Shown: positions 29,584 through 41,445, numbered from the stretch's first letter. The stretch: DNA of 64,000 nucleotides from Acidobacteriota bacterium (GCA_963664705.1 OY761556.1:1056001-1120000), one strand, 5' to 3'. A program made the numbers and translations. Notes: generated by a model from the sequence alone, not told the origin.

Positions 29584-30348
29584 ATGAATCCTAAACAGGT
29601 ACTGGACCTTCTGGAAAAGGTTCGAAGCGGGACCGTATCCCCCGAGCAGGGAGTGGAGCGATTAAAGCACCTGCCGTTTGAAGATCTGGGCTTTGCCCGC
29701 GTCGATCATCACCGCACCTTGCGCCAGGGATTTCCCGAGGTGATCTTCGGACCCGGCAAAAAGCCGGAGCAAGTTGTCGCCATCGTCAAAAGTCTCCTTA
29801 AACAGAAATCGAATATTCTCGTCACCCGATCTACCCAGGAAACCTACAAAAAGGTCCGCCGTGTTGTGGCGAAAGCGCAGTTCCATCCCAATGCCAAGGC
29901 GATTACGGTCGTCAACGACACGCAAGTCTATGGGGAAGGGAAGGTTTATGTGGTCTGCGCCGGTACCTCCGATATCCCGGTTGCGGAAGAGGCCGCGCTC
30001 ACCGCGCGACTCATGGGCAATGCGGTGGAAACAACCTATGATGTGGGCGTGGCCGGTATTCATCGCCTGTTGAATGTCCGCGAAGCTTTGATGCAGGCCA
30101 GTGTCGTTGTCGTTGTTGCCGGGATGGAAGGGGCGCTGGCAAGCGTTGTGGGCGGGTTGCTGAGCGTTCCTGTCATTGCGGTTCCCACCAGCATCGGCTA
30201 TGGCAGTTCGTTTGGCGGGCTTTCCTCCCTGCTGGCAATGCTGAACAGTTGCGCATCCAATGTTGTGTGCGTAAACATTGATAATGGTTTTGGGGCCGGT
30301 TACGTTGCCAGCCTTATCAATCGCAAGCGGAAGGCAGCCGCTGAATAG
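29584..30348 (+). CDS. larB: Nickel pincer cofactor biosynthesis protein LarB (PurE-like)
   Basis: [48 protein letters not shown]. Confidence 0.93.
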   Translation: MNPKQVLDLLEKVRSGTVSPEQGVERLKHLPFEDLGFARVDHHRTLRQGFPEVIFGPGKKPEQVVAIVKSLLKQKSNILVTRSTQETYKKVRRVVAKAQFHPNAKAITVVNDTQVYGEGKVYVVCAGTSDIPVAEEAALTARLMGNAVETTYDVGVAGIHRLLNVREALMQASVVVVVAGMEGALASVVGGLLSVPVIAVPTSIGYGSSFGGLSSLLAMLNSCASNVVCVNIDNGFGAGYVASLINRKRKAAAE

Positions 30349-30392
30349 CGACTGCAGACCGGGAGCGACGGACCTTCCGGTCGATGAAACTT

Positions 30393-30421
30393 TTGTAATA
30401 ACCCGCCGGGTTTGATAGTCT
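30393..30421 (+). promoter_or_regulatory. Sigma70 promoter of dnaG-rpoD
   Basis: TTGTAA-17 nt-TAGTCT with TG extension. Confidence 0.5.
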
Positions 30422-30451
30422 TAACAATTCATATACCCAGCGGCTTTTTGT

Positions 30452-32239
30452 ATGCCCTTATATCCTGACAGCGTCCTGGATGACGTGCGAAGTGCGGTGA
30501 ATATTGTCACCCTCGTGTCGGAGTACGTCGCCCTCAAGAAGCGCGGCCGGAATCATGTCGCCCGCTGTCCCTTCCATAACGAAAAAACTCCCTCCTTCAA
30601 TGTCAGCGAAGAAAAACAGATTTTTATGTGTTTCGGCTGCGGGTTGGGGGGGGATGTGTTTCGTTTCATCATGCAGATCGAGCATCTTTCCTTCGTGGAA
30701 GCGGTTCAGCATCTTGCCGGACGCTATGGCGTTGCCCTGCCGGCTGCAGCCGCGACGATGCCCGGCCAGGCGGCCGTAACAACCTCCAGCACCGATTCCT
30801 TGCGCAAGGCCATGGCCGACGCGGTTGGCATGTATCACCGGTGGCTGCTCGAATCCCCTGAGGCGAAACCTGCCCTGAAATACCTGCACGAGCGTGGAGT
30901 GTCGGACGTGACCATCACGCGCTTTCACCTGGGCTATTCGCCTGCCGGTGGCGACGTGCTGATCCAGGCGCTAAAGAGCAAGGGCTACTCGCTCCAGGTT
31001 CTCGAGGATTGCGGCCTGGCCAGAAGATCGGAAGACGGGAACCGTCTGTATGACGGTTTTCGCGGCCGGATTATGTTTCCCATCACCGATCTTCAGGGAC
31101 GGCCGGTGGCTTTCGGGGCTCGAGCCATGGGGGACAAGCCTCCGAAATATTTGAACTCCCCCGAGACCAAGCTCTATAATAAGAGTCGTAATTTATATGG
31201 ACTAAGTTTCTCAAAGGAGGCGATCAAAGCTCGTGACCACGCCATCCTGGTAGAGGGGTACATGGATTTCATCATCCCCTTCCAGTACGGAGTGGAAAAT
31301 GTGGTCGCTTCACTCGGAACAAGTCTGACGCCGCAACAGGTGGAACTGCTGGGACGTTTCACTCACGAAGTTGTTGTCAGCTATGATCCGGATTCCGCTG
31401 GCATTGCCGCTGCCCAACGGTCCCTGGATCTTTTTCTGGAGGGGGATTTCCGAGTTAAGGTCCTGCGGCTTCCCGCAGGCCAGGACCCGGATGTATTTGT
31501 AAGGAGCGCAGGATCAGAAGAATATCAAAACCGGGCGCGAGCATCGGTTCCCTATCTGGACTTTGTGCTGGATGCAGCCATCCAAACTCAGGGCGCGCTG
31601 GATGACCCCAAGAAAAAGGTGCAGGCCATGAATGCTGTCCTGCCCTACCTGGCAAAGCTGCCCAGTGCCGTGGAACGCTCGGATTACGTATTCCAGTTTG
31701 CTCGCAAGCTTGGTATTGAAGATCAGCAGCTTCTGGCAGAAACCAGACGCGCGGCGCAGCAAAAGAAGACAAAATTATCGGACGAGTCCGTCACGTCCAT
31801 GGTGGCAATGAGATTTGCCGAAAAGAGGCTGCTGCAACTGCTGCTGAGCAACACTGACATGCAGCGGGAAATTTTACCCTTCTGTGTAAAACAGGATTTC
31901 GAGGGGTTGACGACAGAAAAGATTTTTTTGAAATTGCTGGACGGTTTTCAAACAAATCAGCTGGGCAGTTACGAAGGGTTTCATCGAGAGTTCGCGGGAG
32001 AAGCAGAACAGGCGCTGCTTGCTCAATTGGAAATTGAAGAGGTACCTGAAAGCCCTTCGAGAGATACCGCTGAGAGTTTCTTGAATGCTTTGCGAACAAT
32101 GAGGCTGGCGGCACATAAACAGAGGATCCTTGCCGAAATCGCTGATGCGGCTCAACGGAATGACGATGAGTTGCTCAACCAACTTTTTGAGCAGCGGGTG
32201 CAAGTGGATCGAGAACTGGTCAGCCTATCCAGGAAATAG
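30452..32239 (+). CDS. dnaG: DNA primase
   Basis: CPFH..KTPSF...CFGC zinc finger, KYLNSPET, VEGYMD, YDPD, DPD. Confidence 0.97.
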   Translation: MPLYPDSVLDDVRSAVNIVTLVSEYVALKKRGRNHVARCPFHNEKTPSFNVSEEKQIFMCFGCGLGGDVFRFIMQIEHLSFVEAVQHLAGRYGVALPAAAATMPGQAAVTTSSTDSLRKAMADAVGMYHRWLLESPEAKPALKYLHERGVSDVTITRFHLGYSPAGGDVLIQALKSKGYSLQVLEDCGLARRSEDGNRLYDGFRGRIMFPITDLQGRPVAFGARAMGDKPPKYLNSPETKLYNKSRNLYGLSFSKEAIKARDHAILVEGYMDFIIPFQYGVENVVASLGTSLTPQQVELLGRFTHEVVVSYDPDSAGIAAAQRSLDLFLEGDFRVKVLRLPAGQDPDVFVRSAGSEEYQNRARASVPYLDFVLDAAIQTQGALDDPKKKVQAMNAVLPYLAKLPSAVERSDYVFQFARKLGIEDQQLLAETRRAAQQKKTKLSDESVTSMVAMRFAEKRLLQLLLSNTDMQREILPFCVKQDFEGLTTEKIFLKLLDGFQTNQLGSYEGFHREFAGEAEQALLAQLEIEEVPESPSRDTAESFLNALRTMRLAAHKQRILAEIADAAQRNDDELLNQLFEQRVQVDRELVSLSRK

Positions 32240-32254
32240 CAGGGAAAGGAGACA

Positions 32255-33955
<1,701 letters not shown>

Positions 33956-33971
33956 AAGCAAGGAAACAATC

Positions 33972-34036
33972 GGCCACGAATTTTGCGAATTGCACGAGCT
34001 CCTTCGTGTAATTGGTGAAATTCGTGGCCTTTTTTG
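33972..34036 (+). terminator. Long hairpin plus T-run after rpoD, built from CACGAATT-type repeats
   Basis: ggccacgaattt...aattgcacga-gctcct-tcgtgtaatt...aaattcgtggcc tttttt. Confidence 0.75.
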
Positions 34037-34076
34037 ATAGGACTATAGCATTACTCCAACTCGCGAAGGAGGCTAT

Positions 34077-34877
34077 GTGCCTAAAAACAAACCGGTCAGA
34101 CAAAAGCTGGACACGAAGACCTACGAAAAGGAACTCGAAAAACTGCAGATTGAGCTGGTGCGACTGCAGGAATGGGTCAAAAACAAGGGCTTGAAAATAG
34201 TCGTGATCTTCGAAGGTCGGGACGCGGCGGGGAAGGGAGGCGTCATCAAACGCATCACGGAAAGCCTGAATCCCCGTCTCTGCCGAGTCGAAGCGCTGGG
34301 CACTCCCACCGAGCGGGAGAAGACGCAATGGTACTTTCAGCGCTACGTCGCCCGGCTTCCCGCCGCGGGGGAGATGGTGCTGTTCGACCGCAGTTGGTAC
34401 AACCGTGCCGGCGTCGAGCGTGTGATGGGCTTTTGCACGGAAGAACAGTACCTAGAGTTTATGCGATCCTGCCCGGAATTCGAGCGCATGCTGGTGCGTT
34501 CGGGGATTATTCTCATCAAGTACTGGTTTTCTGTCAGCGATGAAGAGCAGGAAGAGCGGTTCCAGGACCGGATGAAAGATCCGACGAAGCGCTGGAAAAT
34601 AAGTCCGATGGATATTCAGGCCCGGGCGCATTGGGTGGATTACTCGCGGGCAAAGGACGAGATGTTCGTCCATACCGATATCAAGCAGGCGCCCTGGTAT
34701 GTCGTGAACGCCGACAACAAAAAGCGGGCAAGGCTGAACTGCATTCACCATCTGCTGAGTCTTATCTCCTACAAGGATTTGACTCCTGAATCGATCAAGC
34801 TTCCGCCCCGGCAAAAGGACGACAGCTATGTTCGTCCGCCCATTACGGACCAGAATTTTATTCCCGAAATCTATTGA
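34077..34877 (+). CDS. ppk2: Polyphosphate kinase 2
   Basis: FEGRDAAGKGG Walker A, LFDRSWYNR, KRWKISPMD. Confidence 0.96.
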   Translation: MPKNKPVRQKLDTKTYEKELEKLQIELVRLQEWVKNKGLKIVVIFEGRDAAGKGGVIKRITESLNPRLCRVEALGTPTEREKTQWYFQRYVARLPAAGEMVLFDRSWYNRAGVERVMGFCTEEQYLEFMRSCPEFERMLVRSGIILIKYWFSVSDEEQEERFQDRMKDPTKRWKISPMDIQARAHWVDYSRAKDEMFVHTDIKQAPWYVVNADNKKRARLNCIHHLLSLISYKDLTPESIKLPPRQKDDSYVRPPITDQNFIPEIY

Positions 34878-34880
34878 AAT

Positions 34881-34947
34881 TGCAGGTTCCCGGTTTCAGA
34901 TTCCATGTTGCGGCCGGGAACATGGGACCTGAAACCGGGAACCTGCA
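34881..34947. repeat. 29-bp inverted repeat with 7-nt periodicity
   Basis: tgcaggttcccggtttcagattccatgtt / aacatgggacctgaaaccgggaacctgca (2 differences). Confidence 0.85.
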
Positions 34948-34966
34948 GTGCAGCGCAGAATGCATA

Positions 34967-34995
34967 TTGAAATCCGCTCGGAATCCCAATATCCT
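34967..34995 (+). promoter_or_regulatory. Sigma70 promoter of purL
   Basis: TTGAAA-17 nt-TATCCT. Confidence 0.55.
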
Positions 34996-35027
34996 GCCTA
35001 GTTCTATTAACTGAATCGGGTGCAATC

Positions 35028-38018
35028 GTGGCATATCGCATAGAGATCGGGCTGAAGCGTGGGATCCGGGATCCCCGCGGGCGCGCCGCCGTGGCAAAGA
35101 CCCGGCGCTTTCTTCGTATCCCCGTCGAATCCTGCCAGACACGGGATGTCTACAAGGCGGATCTGTCGCTCTCTCCCAAAGAACTGCGCATGATCCAGAA
35201 GGCCTTTACCGATCCGGTGATTTCACGCTCCGCGTTGGATCGACTGGCTCCTCCAGCTTTTGACTGGCTTGTGGATGTCGGATTCAAACCTGGAGTGACC
35301 GACAACGTCGGAACCACTGCCCGGGCTCTTGCCCAAGATCTGCTGGAACGATCCCTGGACCACTCGGAATGGGTATACACCGCGATCCAGTATTTTATCC
35401 GCGGGAGCAAGCTGACACGCGCCGATGTGGAGCGCGTCGCGCAAGACCTCCTGGCCAATACCCTGATCCAGACAATTCAGGTGTTCTCCAGCGAGGAATG
35501 GGCGGCAACGCCGGTCGATTGCAGCGTGCCGGCCATCCGCGAGCAGAGCGACATTCGCGTGGGCTCCTATGATTTGAGCGGTTCGGATGCGGACCTTATG
35601 CGCATCAGTCGCGAAGGCATCCTGTCGCTGAGCCTCGAGGAAATGCACACAATTCGCGATTACTTTGCATCCGGGAGAGTGAAGGAAGCCAGAGTCGCCC
35701 TTGGGCTCCCGGAACAGCCAACGGATGTCGAATTGGAATGCATCGCGCAGACATGGTCCGAGCACTGTAAGCACAAAATATTTGCCGGCCGCGTCCACTA
35801 TGTAGATGAACAGGGGCGTGAAGAGTGGATCGATTCGCTCTTCAAAACCTATATTCGTAATGCCACCGAGAAGATCGGCAGGGAAATCGACTGGCTGGTT
35901 TCGGTCTTCAGCGACAATGCCGGAATCATCCGTTTCAACGATCGTTTCAACATTGCCTATAAAGTCGAAACGCATAATTCTCCCTCGGCGCTTGATCCGT
36001 ACGGTGGTGCAATTACGGGCATCGTCGGTGTAAATCGCGACCCGATGGGGACGGGTGTGGGATGCGAGATGGTTGCCAACGTCTGGGGATATTGCCTCGG
36101 GTCTCCGTTCTACGAAGGGGATCTTCCCGAGGGCTTGATGCATCCTAACCGGATTCGCGATGGCGTCCACCAGGGAGTGATTGATGGTGGCAACCAGAGC
36201 GGCATCCCCTGGGCCCGGGGATTTGAGCGCTTTGATGAACGGTATATCGGCAAGCCGCTTGTGTACTGCGGCACCATTGGTCGCATCCCGCGACTGCTGC
36301 AGGATCGTCCTTCTGAACGTAAGGAAATCTTTCCCGGGGATGTGATTGTGATGTGCGGCGGGCGCATCGGGAAGGACGGCATCCATGGCGCAACGTTTTC
36401 GTCTGAGGAATTGAGGAAGGAATCCCCCGCGCAAGCCGTGCAGATCGGCGATCCGATTACGCAGCGCAACCTGTATGAATTCCTGGTGGAAGCCCGGAAT
36501 CTGGGCTTGTACCGGGCCATCACCGACAATGGCGCCGGTGGTTTGAGCTCATCCATCGGCGAGATGAGCCGCCTGAGCGGTGGAGCCGACCTGGATCTGG
36601 CAAAAGCTCCGCTGAAATATGAGGGGCTGCAGCCCTGGGAAATTTTTCTTTCAGAAGCGCAGGAGCGAATGTCGCTTGCGGTGCAGCCGGAAAAACTGGA
36701 AGAACTGCTTGCGCTTGCCTCGCGCCGCGAAGTCGAGGCAACGGCTCTGGGCACCTTCACGGACAGCGGTGCTTTGATGGTGCGGTTTGGCGATCGCGTT
36801 GTCGCGCGGCTCGAACTGGAATTTCTCCACGAGGGCGACCCCCGCATGCTGCTGGAGGCTCGCTGGCAACCCCCGCAGATCCCGTTGCCAAAGCTCCCAC
36901 GCAAGGGAATGCGCAACCGGAAACTGGTCGAAATCCTGCGGGCTCTGAATGTCTGCTCCAAGGAATTTAAATCGCGCCAATACGACGGTGAAGTCAAAGG
37001 CCTCAGCGTGGTCAAGCCGTTTGTCGGCGTCCAAAGCGATATCCCGAGCGATGCTACGATCATGCGCGTAGAACACGGCTGTGGTGAAGGAATCGTGCTG
37101 GCCGAAGGCATCAATCCGTTCTATTCCGATCTCGATACCTATCATATGATGGCCAGCGTGATTGACGAAGCTGTGCGTCGGATTGTCAGCGTTGGCGGCC
37201 ATCCGGATCGGATCGCAGGCTTGGATAATTTCTGCTGGCCGGATCCGGTCTTCTCTGAAAAGACGCCCGATGGCCATTACAAAATGGCGCAGCTGGTGCG
37301 CGCGAATAAGGCGCTGTACGACATCACAACCGGCTTTGGGGTTCCTGCCATCTCCGGCAAGGACAGCATGAAAAATGATTCGGTGCGGGGCGGACGCAAG
37401 ATTTCCATCCCTCCAACCGTGCTCTTCTCCACCATCGGACGCATGGATGACATCGGCTGTGCCGTCACCTTGTTCTTCAAAAATCCGGGCGATATCATTT
37501 TTGTCGTCGGATCTACAGCCAACGAACTTGGCGGCTCGGAGTATTTCCGGCTGCTTGCACGGGAACAGGGGAATCCGTCATCCTACGGGGGCGAAGTACC
37601 GAAACTGAATGTGGATCGCGCCCGTGCAACCTACGCGGCCATGCATCTGGCTATTTGCGGGGGGCTGCTTCAATCCTCGCATACGCCGACGCTGGGAGGA
37701 TTGGCCTCCGCTTTCGCGCTTCCTGCCATTGGCGGAGACCTTGGTGCGGATATCGATCTCTCCGGACTTGTCTGTGACGGCATGCTCGAGGATGATGCAA
37801 AGCTTTTTTCCGAATCCAACAGCCGGTTTGTCGTCAGCTGTGCGCCGGACTGCGAAGATGCATTGACCGCGCTTTTTCAGGATTTGCCTATCGCGCGGGT
37901 GGGGAAGGTTACAGCGGAGAAGCAGGTCCGGATTTCGGGGCAGGATGGACGAAAGCTCGTGGATATAGATGTTGATGCGCTTCGGCGTGCATTCAAGGAA
38001 ACATTGTATGGCGTCTGA
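35028..38018 (+). CDS. purL: Phosphoribosylformylglycinamidine synthase PurL with fused PurS-like N-terminus
   Basis: QTWSEHCKHK, KVETHNSPS, DNGAGGLSS, SEAQERM, LDNFCWPDP, ISGKDS, FSESNSRF. Confidence 0.95.
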   Translation: MAYRIEIGLKRGIRDPRGRAAVAKTRRFLRIPVESCQTRDVYKADLSLSPKELRMIQKAFTDPVISRSALDRLAPPAFDWLVDVGFKPGVTDNVGTTARALAQDLLERSLDHSEWVYTAIQYFIRGSKLTRADVERVAQDLLANTLIQTIQVFSSEEWAATPVDCSVPAIREQSDIRVGSYDLSGSDADLMRISREGILSLSLEEMHTIRDYFASGRVKEARVALGLPEQPTDVELECIAQTWSEHCKHKIFAGRVHYVDEQGREEWIDSLFKTYIRNATEKIGREIDWLVSVFSDNAGIIRFNDRFNIAYKVETHNSPSALDPYGGAITGIVGVNRDPMGTGVGCEMVANVWGYCLGSPFYEGDLPEGLMHPNRIRDGVHQGVIDGGNQSGIPWARGFERFDERYIGKPLVYCGTIGRIPRLLQDRPSERKEIFPGDVIVMCGGRIGKDGIHGATFSSEELRKESPAQAVQIGDPITQRNLYEFLVEARNLGLYRAITDNGAGGLSSSIGEMSRLSGGADLDLAKAPLKYEGLQPWEIFLSEAQERMSLAVQPEKLEELLALASRREVEATALGTFTDSGALMVRFGDRVVARLELEFLHEGDPRMLLEARWQPPQIPLPKLPRKGMRNRKLVEILRALNVCSKEFKSRQYDGEVKGLSVVKPFVGVQSDIPSDATIMRVEHGCGEGIVLAEGINPFYSDLDTYHMMASVIDEAVRRIVSVGGHPDRIAGLDNFCWPDPVFSEKTPDGHYKMAQLVRANKALYDITTGFGVPAISGKDSMKNDSVRGGRKISIPPTVLFSTIGRMDDIGCAVTLFFKNPGDIIFVVGSTANELGGSEYFRLLAREQGNPSSYGGEVPKLNVDRARATYAAMHLAICGGLLQSSHTPTLGGLASAFALPAIGGDLGADIDLSGLVCDGMLEDDAKLFSESNSRFVVSCAPDCEDALTALFQDLPIARVGKVTAEKQVRISGQDGRKLVDIDVDALRRAFKETLYGV

Positions 38019-38814
38019 AATTCCCATTTTGGTTATCACCGGCTACGGCCTCAATTGCGAAGCAGAATCCAAATACGCGTGGGAGCTTGCGGGAGCAAAT
38101 CCCGAACTGGTCCATTTCAGCGAGCTGCTTGCCAACCCGTCCCTGCTCCGAAATTATGCCGGGCTGATGTTTGGCGGCGGGTTTGCCTACGGGGATCACA
38201 TGACGTCCGGCCACGTTTTTGCCGCGCGCTTCCGTCATCGTCTCAGCGGAGAGTTGAAGGACTTTATTGATCAGGGAAAACTGATCATCGGCGTATGCAA
38301 TGGGTTTCAGATCATCGTGAAACTCGGACTGCTGCCCGGCCTGGATAATGATTATTTTACCCAGACCGTTTCGGTTATTCAGAACGACTGCGGAACGTTT
38401 CAGAATTACTGGGTACGACTTCGCTTCGAATCGGAATCTCCCTGTGTTTTCACCCGGGGCCTGGAGCACATGCTGCTGCCGGTACGGCATGGAGAAGGGA
38501 AGGTATTTACCCTGGACAAGGGATTGCTGCAAAGACTGGAGGACGCGGGCTGTGTGCCGTGCCGTTATTCCGATCCGTTGACGGGCGCAGCGACCCAGGA
38601 GTTTCCACACAATCCAAACGGTTCGCTCCATTCAATTGCCGGCCTGTGTGATCCGACGGGCCGTATCTTTGGGTTGATGCCGCATCCGGAGGCCTATATT
38701 TATCCGGAGAACCATCCTCAATGGGAACTGCAGAGGCAAAGCGGTACGCTTCCGGAGCATGGGCTTGGGCTGGCATTCTTCCGCAACGCCGTCAACCATC
38801 TGAAAAGCATCTGA
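38008..38814 (+). CDS. purQ: FGAM synthase glutaminase subunit
   Basis: GLNCE, GGGFAYGD, GVCNGFQ, HGEG, NPNGS, MPHPE. Confidence 0.95.
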   Translation: MASEIPILVITGYGLNCEAESKYAWELAGANPELVHFSELLANPSLLRNYAGLMFGGGFAYGDHMTSGHVFAARFRHRLSGELKDFIDQGKLIIGVCNGFQIIVKLGLLPGLDNDYFTQTVSVIQNDCGTFQNYWVRLRFESESPCVFTRGLEHMLLPVRHGEGKVFTLDKGLLQRLEDAGCVPCRYSDPLTGAATQEFPHNPNGSLHSIAGLCDPTGRIFGLMPHPEAYIYPENHPQWELQRQSGTLPEHGLGLAFFRNAVNHLKSI

Positions 38815-38935
38815 CTGGGAGCGCTGCCGTCTCGGCGAATGCCCGCGTATTATTTGCTCTAAGCCCTGCGACGCGATTGAATCCACAGGCCCGGAGAAGG
38901 GGCGTGGGGCTCAGAGCAATATAAGCTCGGCTCAT

Positions 38936-39691
38936 TTACTGAGAGGCAGAACCCGGGACAACCGGCATCACCGTATATAAGCCTTGGTTTTGAGCCAATG
39001 TCGTCAGGATGAAACTGGCGCCGGAGTTCGAGGAAAAGACGATCGTTCCCCGGAAACTATCGAGCGACGGGAAATCCTGGTATACATACCGGGATATTTT
39101 GTTTTTCGGTAGCAGCGGAACAAGCTTGGGCGTGTCGAGGGGGATTCCATCTTCGGAAAAGGCTTCCATCGTCACGATCATGGCTTCGGTCCCAGGGTTT
39201 GCGATCGCGTATGCCGTGTCGAGTTCCAGGTCCGGCTCATAGTCTACCGCTATCGTCGCTGATGTTGTGGGAGGATAGGCCAACACACCAGCGATACTTT
39301 TTATGATTACCCCCGATTCGGCATATTCAAAAGTGGCGATGCCTGTGATCGTGCCGCCCTCCCCCTCATATTTTGCCCATCCAGTTCGGAGGGCAGATCC
39401 CTGCATCCGGTACGAGCTCACGCCTTTCGAGCTGACCTCAATTTCGATCGGAGTTCTTGGATTCCCGGCGGGATCCCAGAACCAAAGCGCCCCAATGGCT
39501 GGAGTACTTCCGGTGTTGATAAAGGTGAAGGTAGTGGCGAATCCTCCTCCGGCGGCATAGTGGGGAAAGTAGATATTGAAAGGTACGCTCTGATCGGTTT
39601 GTCCGCTGGAAGCGGCGGGCCAGATCATCATTGCTAGAATAGCCAGACAGAACAGCCGATTCCAAAGACAAATCCCTCGGTGCAATTTCAT
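38936..39691 (-). CDS. Secreted protein made of two 'YFPH/Q' beta-sandwich modules
   Basis: Signal peptide, then IYFPHYAAGGGFATTF...DTAYAIANP...FRGTI; start estimated at MKLH. Confidence 0.7.
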   Translation of the reverse strand: MKLHRGICLWNRLFCLAILAMMIWPAASSGQTDQSVPFNIYFPHYAAGGGFATTFTFINTGSTPAIGALWFWDPAGNPRTPIEIEVSSKGVSSYRMQGSALRTGWAKYEGEGGTITGIATFEYAESGVIIKSIAGVLAYPPTTSATIAVDYEPDLELDTAYAIANPGTEAMIVTMEAFSEDGIPLDTPKLVPLLPKNKISRYVYQDFPSLDSFRGTIVFSSNSGASFILTTLAQNQGLYTVMPVVPGSASQ

Positions 39692-39800
39692 AGCTCGTTT
39701 CTCCGGTTTCTGTTTCCAGCCGAGGGGGGAAGGTGGCAAACCAAGCCAGCTGAAATTATGGTAGCACAGGAGGGATAATGCGGAAGAGGCGGGTTTTTCC

Positions 39801-39834
39801 CAAGAAGGCTCAAAGCCATCTTTGAGCCTTCTTG
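39801..39834 (-). terminator. Perfect 15-bp hairpin downstream of the 231-aa gene
   Basis: caagaaggctcaaag-ccat-ctttgagccttcttg. Confidence 0.7.
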
Positions 39835-39843
39835 ACTTTCTGG

Positions 39844-40539
39844 CTATGCGGGACGCTTCTTGCCTATTCGCGTGTAGAACTCTTCCGGGATGTCCGCTGG
39901 ATTCTTGTAGAACGTGAATTTGCAGGATCCGTTATTGATCGGTTCCTTTACGATATGAGTCGCGCCGAAATCACCGGCGTTTTCGATCTGAAGCATTTCC
40001 ATAACAGGGCAGTGCACGCAGTAAATTGGAAAATCCTTCATGCCCCAAGTAATCCGATGCGGCTCAGTAATGGTAGCCAACCCGACTTCCGGCGTGTATC
40101 CGCCTTTCTGTATAATCCGTTCGCCTGATCCGCATGGCTGCATTGTCAGACAAATTTTTGCATCATCTTCCTCGATTGTTATTGGCTGAAAATGCCCGCG
40201 CAACCCCGCGGCCAAACCCTGGACGAGTGAGCGGATGTCCGTTCTTTTCGGTGGTTTGAATACCGCTCTCGCTTCAACCGTGTGGGCAAATCTTTCCGCT
40301 TCCTCCACGGCGTCGACGCCGTGTTTCTCGTAAATGTATGTCAGCAGCCCGGAAACCCAGAACATGTATCCATCGTGAAGATAGTTGAATTCTTTTTGCA
40401 TCCGCTGTGCCAGCGTTTTGGCTTTGTCCTTGTCTCCGGCTTCGATGGCCTCGAGAACGAGATCCATCGTCCGTGTACCCATTTGCTTGAGTTCTTCATC
40501 TGTGAATAATCTGCTGCCGCTCATGTAGATAGTCTCCAT
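39844..40539 (-). CDS. Conserved hypothetical protein with Cys/His metal-binding motifs
   Basis: LHD, LRGH, PCGSG, YCVHC and a terminal C; normal globular composition. Confidence 0.75.
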   Translation of the reverse strand: METIYMSGSRLFTDEELKQMGTRTMDLVLEAIEAGDKDKAKTLAQRMQKEFNYLHDGYMFWVSGLLTYIYEKHGVDAVEEAERFAHTVEARAVFKPPKRTDIRSLVQGLAAGLRGHFQPITIEEDDAKICLTMQPCGSGERIIQKGGYTPEVGLATITEPHRITWGMKDFPIYCVHCPVMEMLQIENAGDFGATHIVKEPINNGSCKFTFYKNPADIPEEFYTRIGKKRPA

Positions 40540-40675
40540 AGAAGTTTTGGTTCCGGCCTGTCAACTGAGATTTAAGTGCCACCCGCATTGTTTCGGTCAT
40601 CTCGGCTCAATACGGACAGGTGAATCCGGATATTCAAAGCGAGTCCGTCTATGAATTTGTTGTGATCGTAACAGC

Positions 40676-41152
40676 GTGCCGAGATGCACACAACAAATAA
40701 GTATCAAAAAGTGGGCCAATATCGACCTGCGCCGGATCGACACACTGCCAATCAACCGCAGGCTGGTGGAAGTTCTAGCCCAGATTGAGAATTCGGCCAG
40801 GAGTGAGTGGGTTTTTGCAAATCGTGACTGGAAACCGCCCAAATCGATTAGAACTGCCTTTGAAACTGCCTGCCGAAATGCTAAATTATCCGACGTCACT
40901 CCGCATACTCCGCGGCAAACGTTTGCGAGCCGGTTGGGAATGCAGGGGGCAGGGGATCGAACCCTCCCGGTACTAGGACGCTGGAAGGAACCGAAGATGA
41001 TCCGCCGTTATGTCCAGCTCAGTGAACAGCATCTGAGGGAAACGGTGGAACGGCTCGTGGAAAACTCCCCAACAAATTTTACTACACTTGCCAATGAAGC
41101 CCCGGTTGGTGTAGCCTCTAAAATCAGTCCTATCAGTTATATGGGCCCATAG
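40676..41152 (+). pseudogene. Tyrosine recombinase/integrase C-terminal remnant
   Basis: WANIDL, FETAC..A.L.DVTPHTPRQTFASRL (degenerate HxLRH), LGRW...MIRRY; N-terminus absent. Confidence 0.8.
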
Positions 41153-41216
41153 CTCAGTTGGTTAGAGCAGCTGACTCATAATCAGCGGGTCGGGGGTTCA
41201 AGTCCCTCTGGGCCCA
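41143..41216 (+). tRNA. tRNA with CAT anticodon, probably tRNA-Ile2 (lysidine)
   Basis: Cloverleaf GGGCCCA/TGGGCCC, GCTC/GAGC, GCTGA-CTCATAA-TCAGC, GGGGG-TTCAAGT-CCCTC; paired 1-72 and no GGG/CCC anticodon stem, so not fMet; CCA not encoded. Confidence 0.93.
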
Positions 41217-41445
41217 CTCAAAATCCTCAGGACCTTACAGCTTTTCCTCAAGTTCCAAAAGCCTCCGGGGCAGCGCCTGAGTAGCAAAGCCTTGTGCTGG
41301 CGTCGCCATCAAAAATCTCGAGGTGTTGGTTATGCTAAAGCCTCTACATACATCGGTTAACTGAACTATGGAGAGGCCAGCCAGCAATGAGCATCCAGGT
41401 TTTCAGGCGCTCTGATGCCACGAAGACTCCATTTTTATTTTCGGG

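Noticed and set aside
30646-30653. G8 homopolymer as a phase-variation tract
   Set aside because: In frame within essential dnaG, encoding the usual Gly-Gly-Asp after the zinc finger
34948-35027. Purine, ZTP or PRPP riboswitch before purL
   Set aside because: The predicted promoter leaves only about 25 nt of leader
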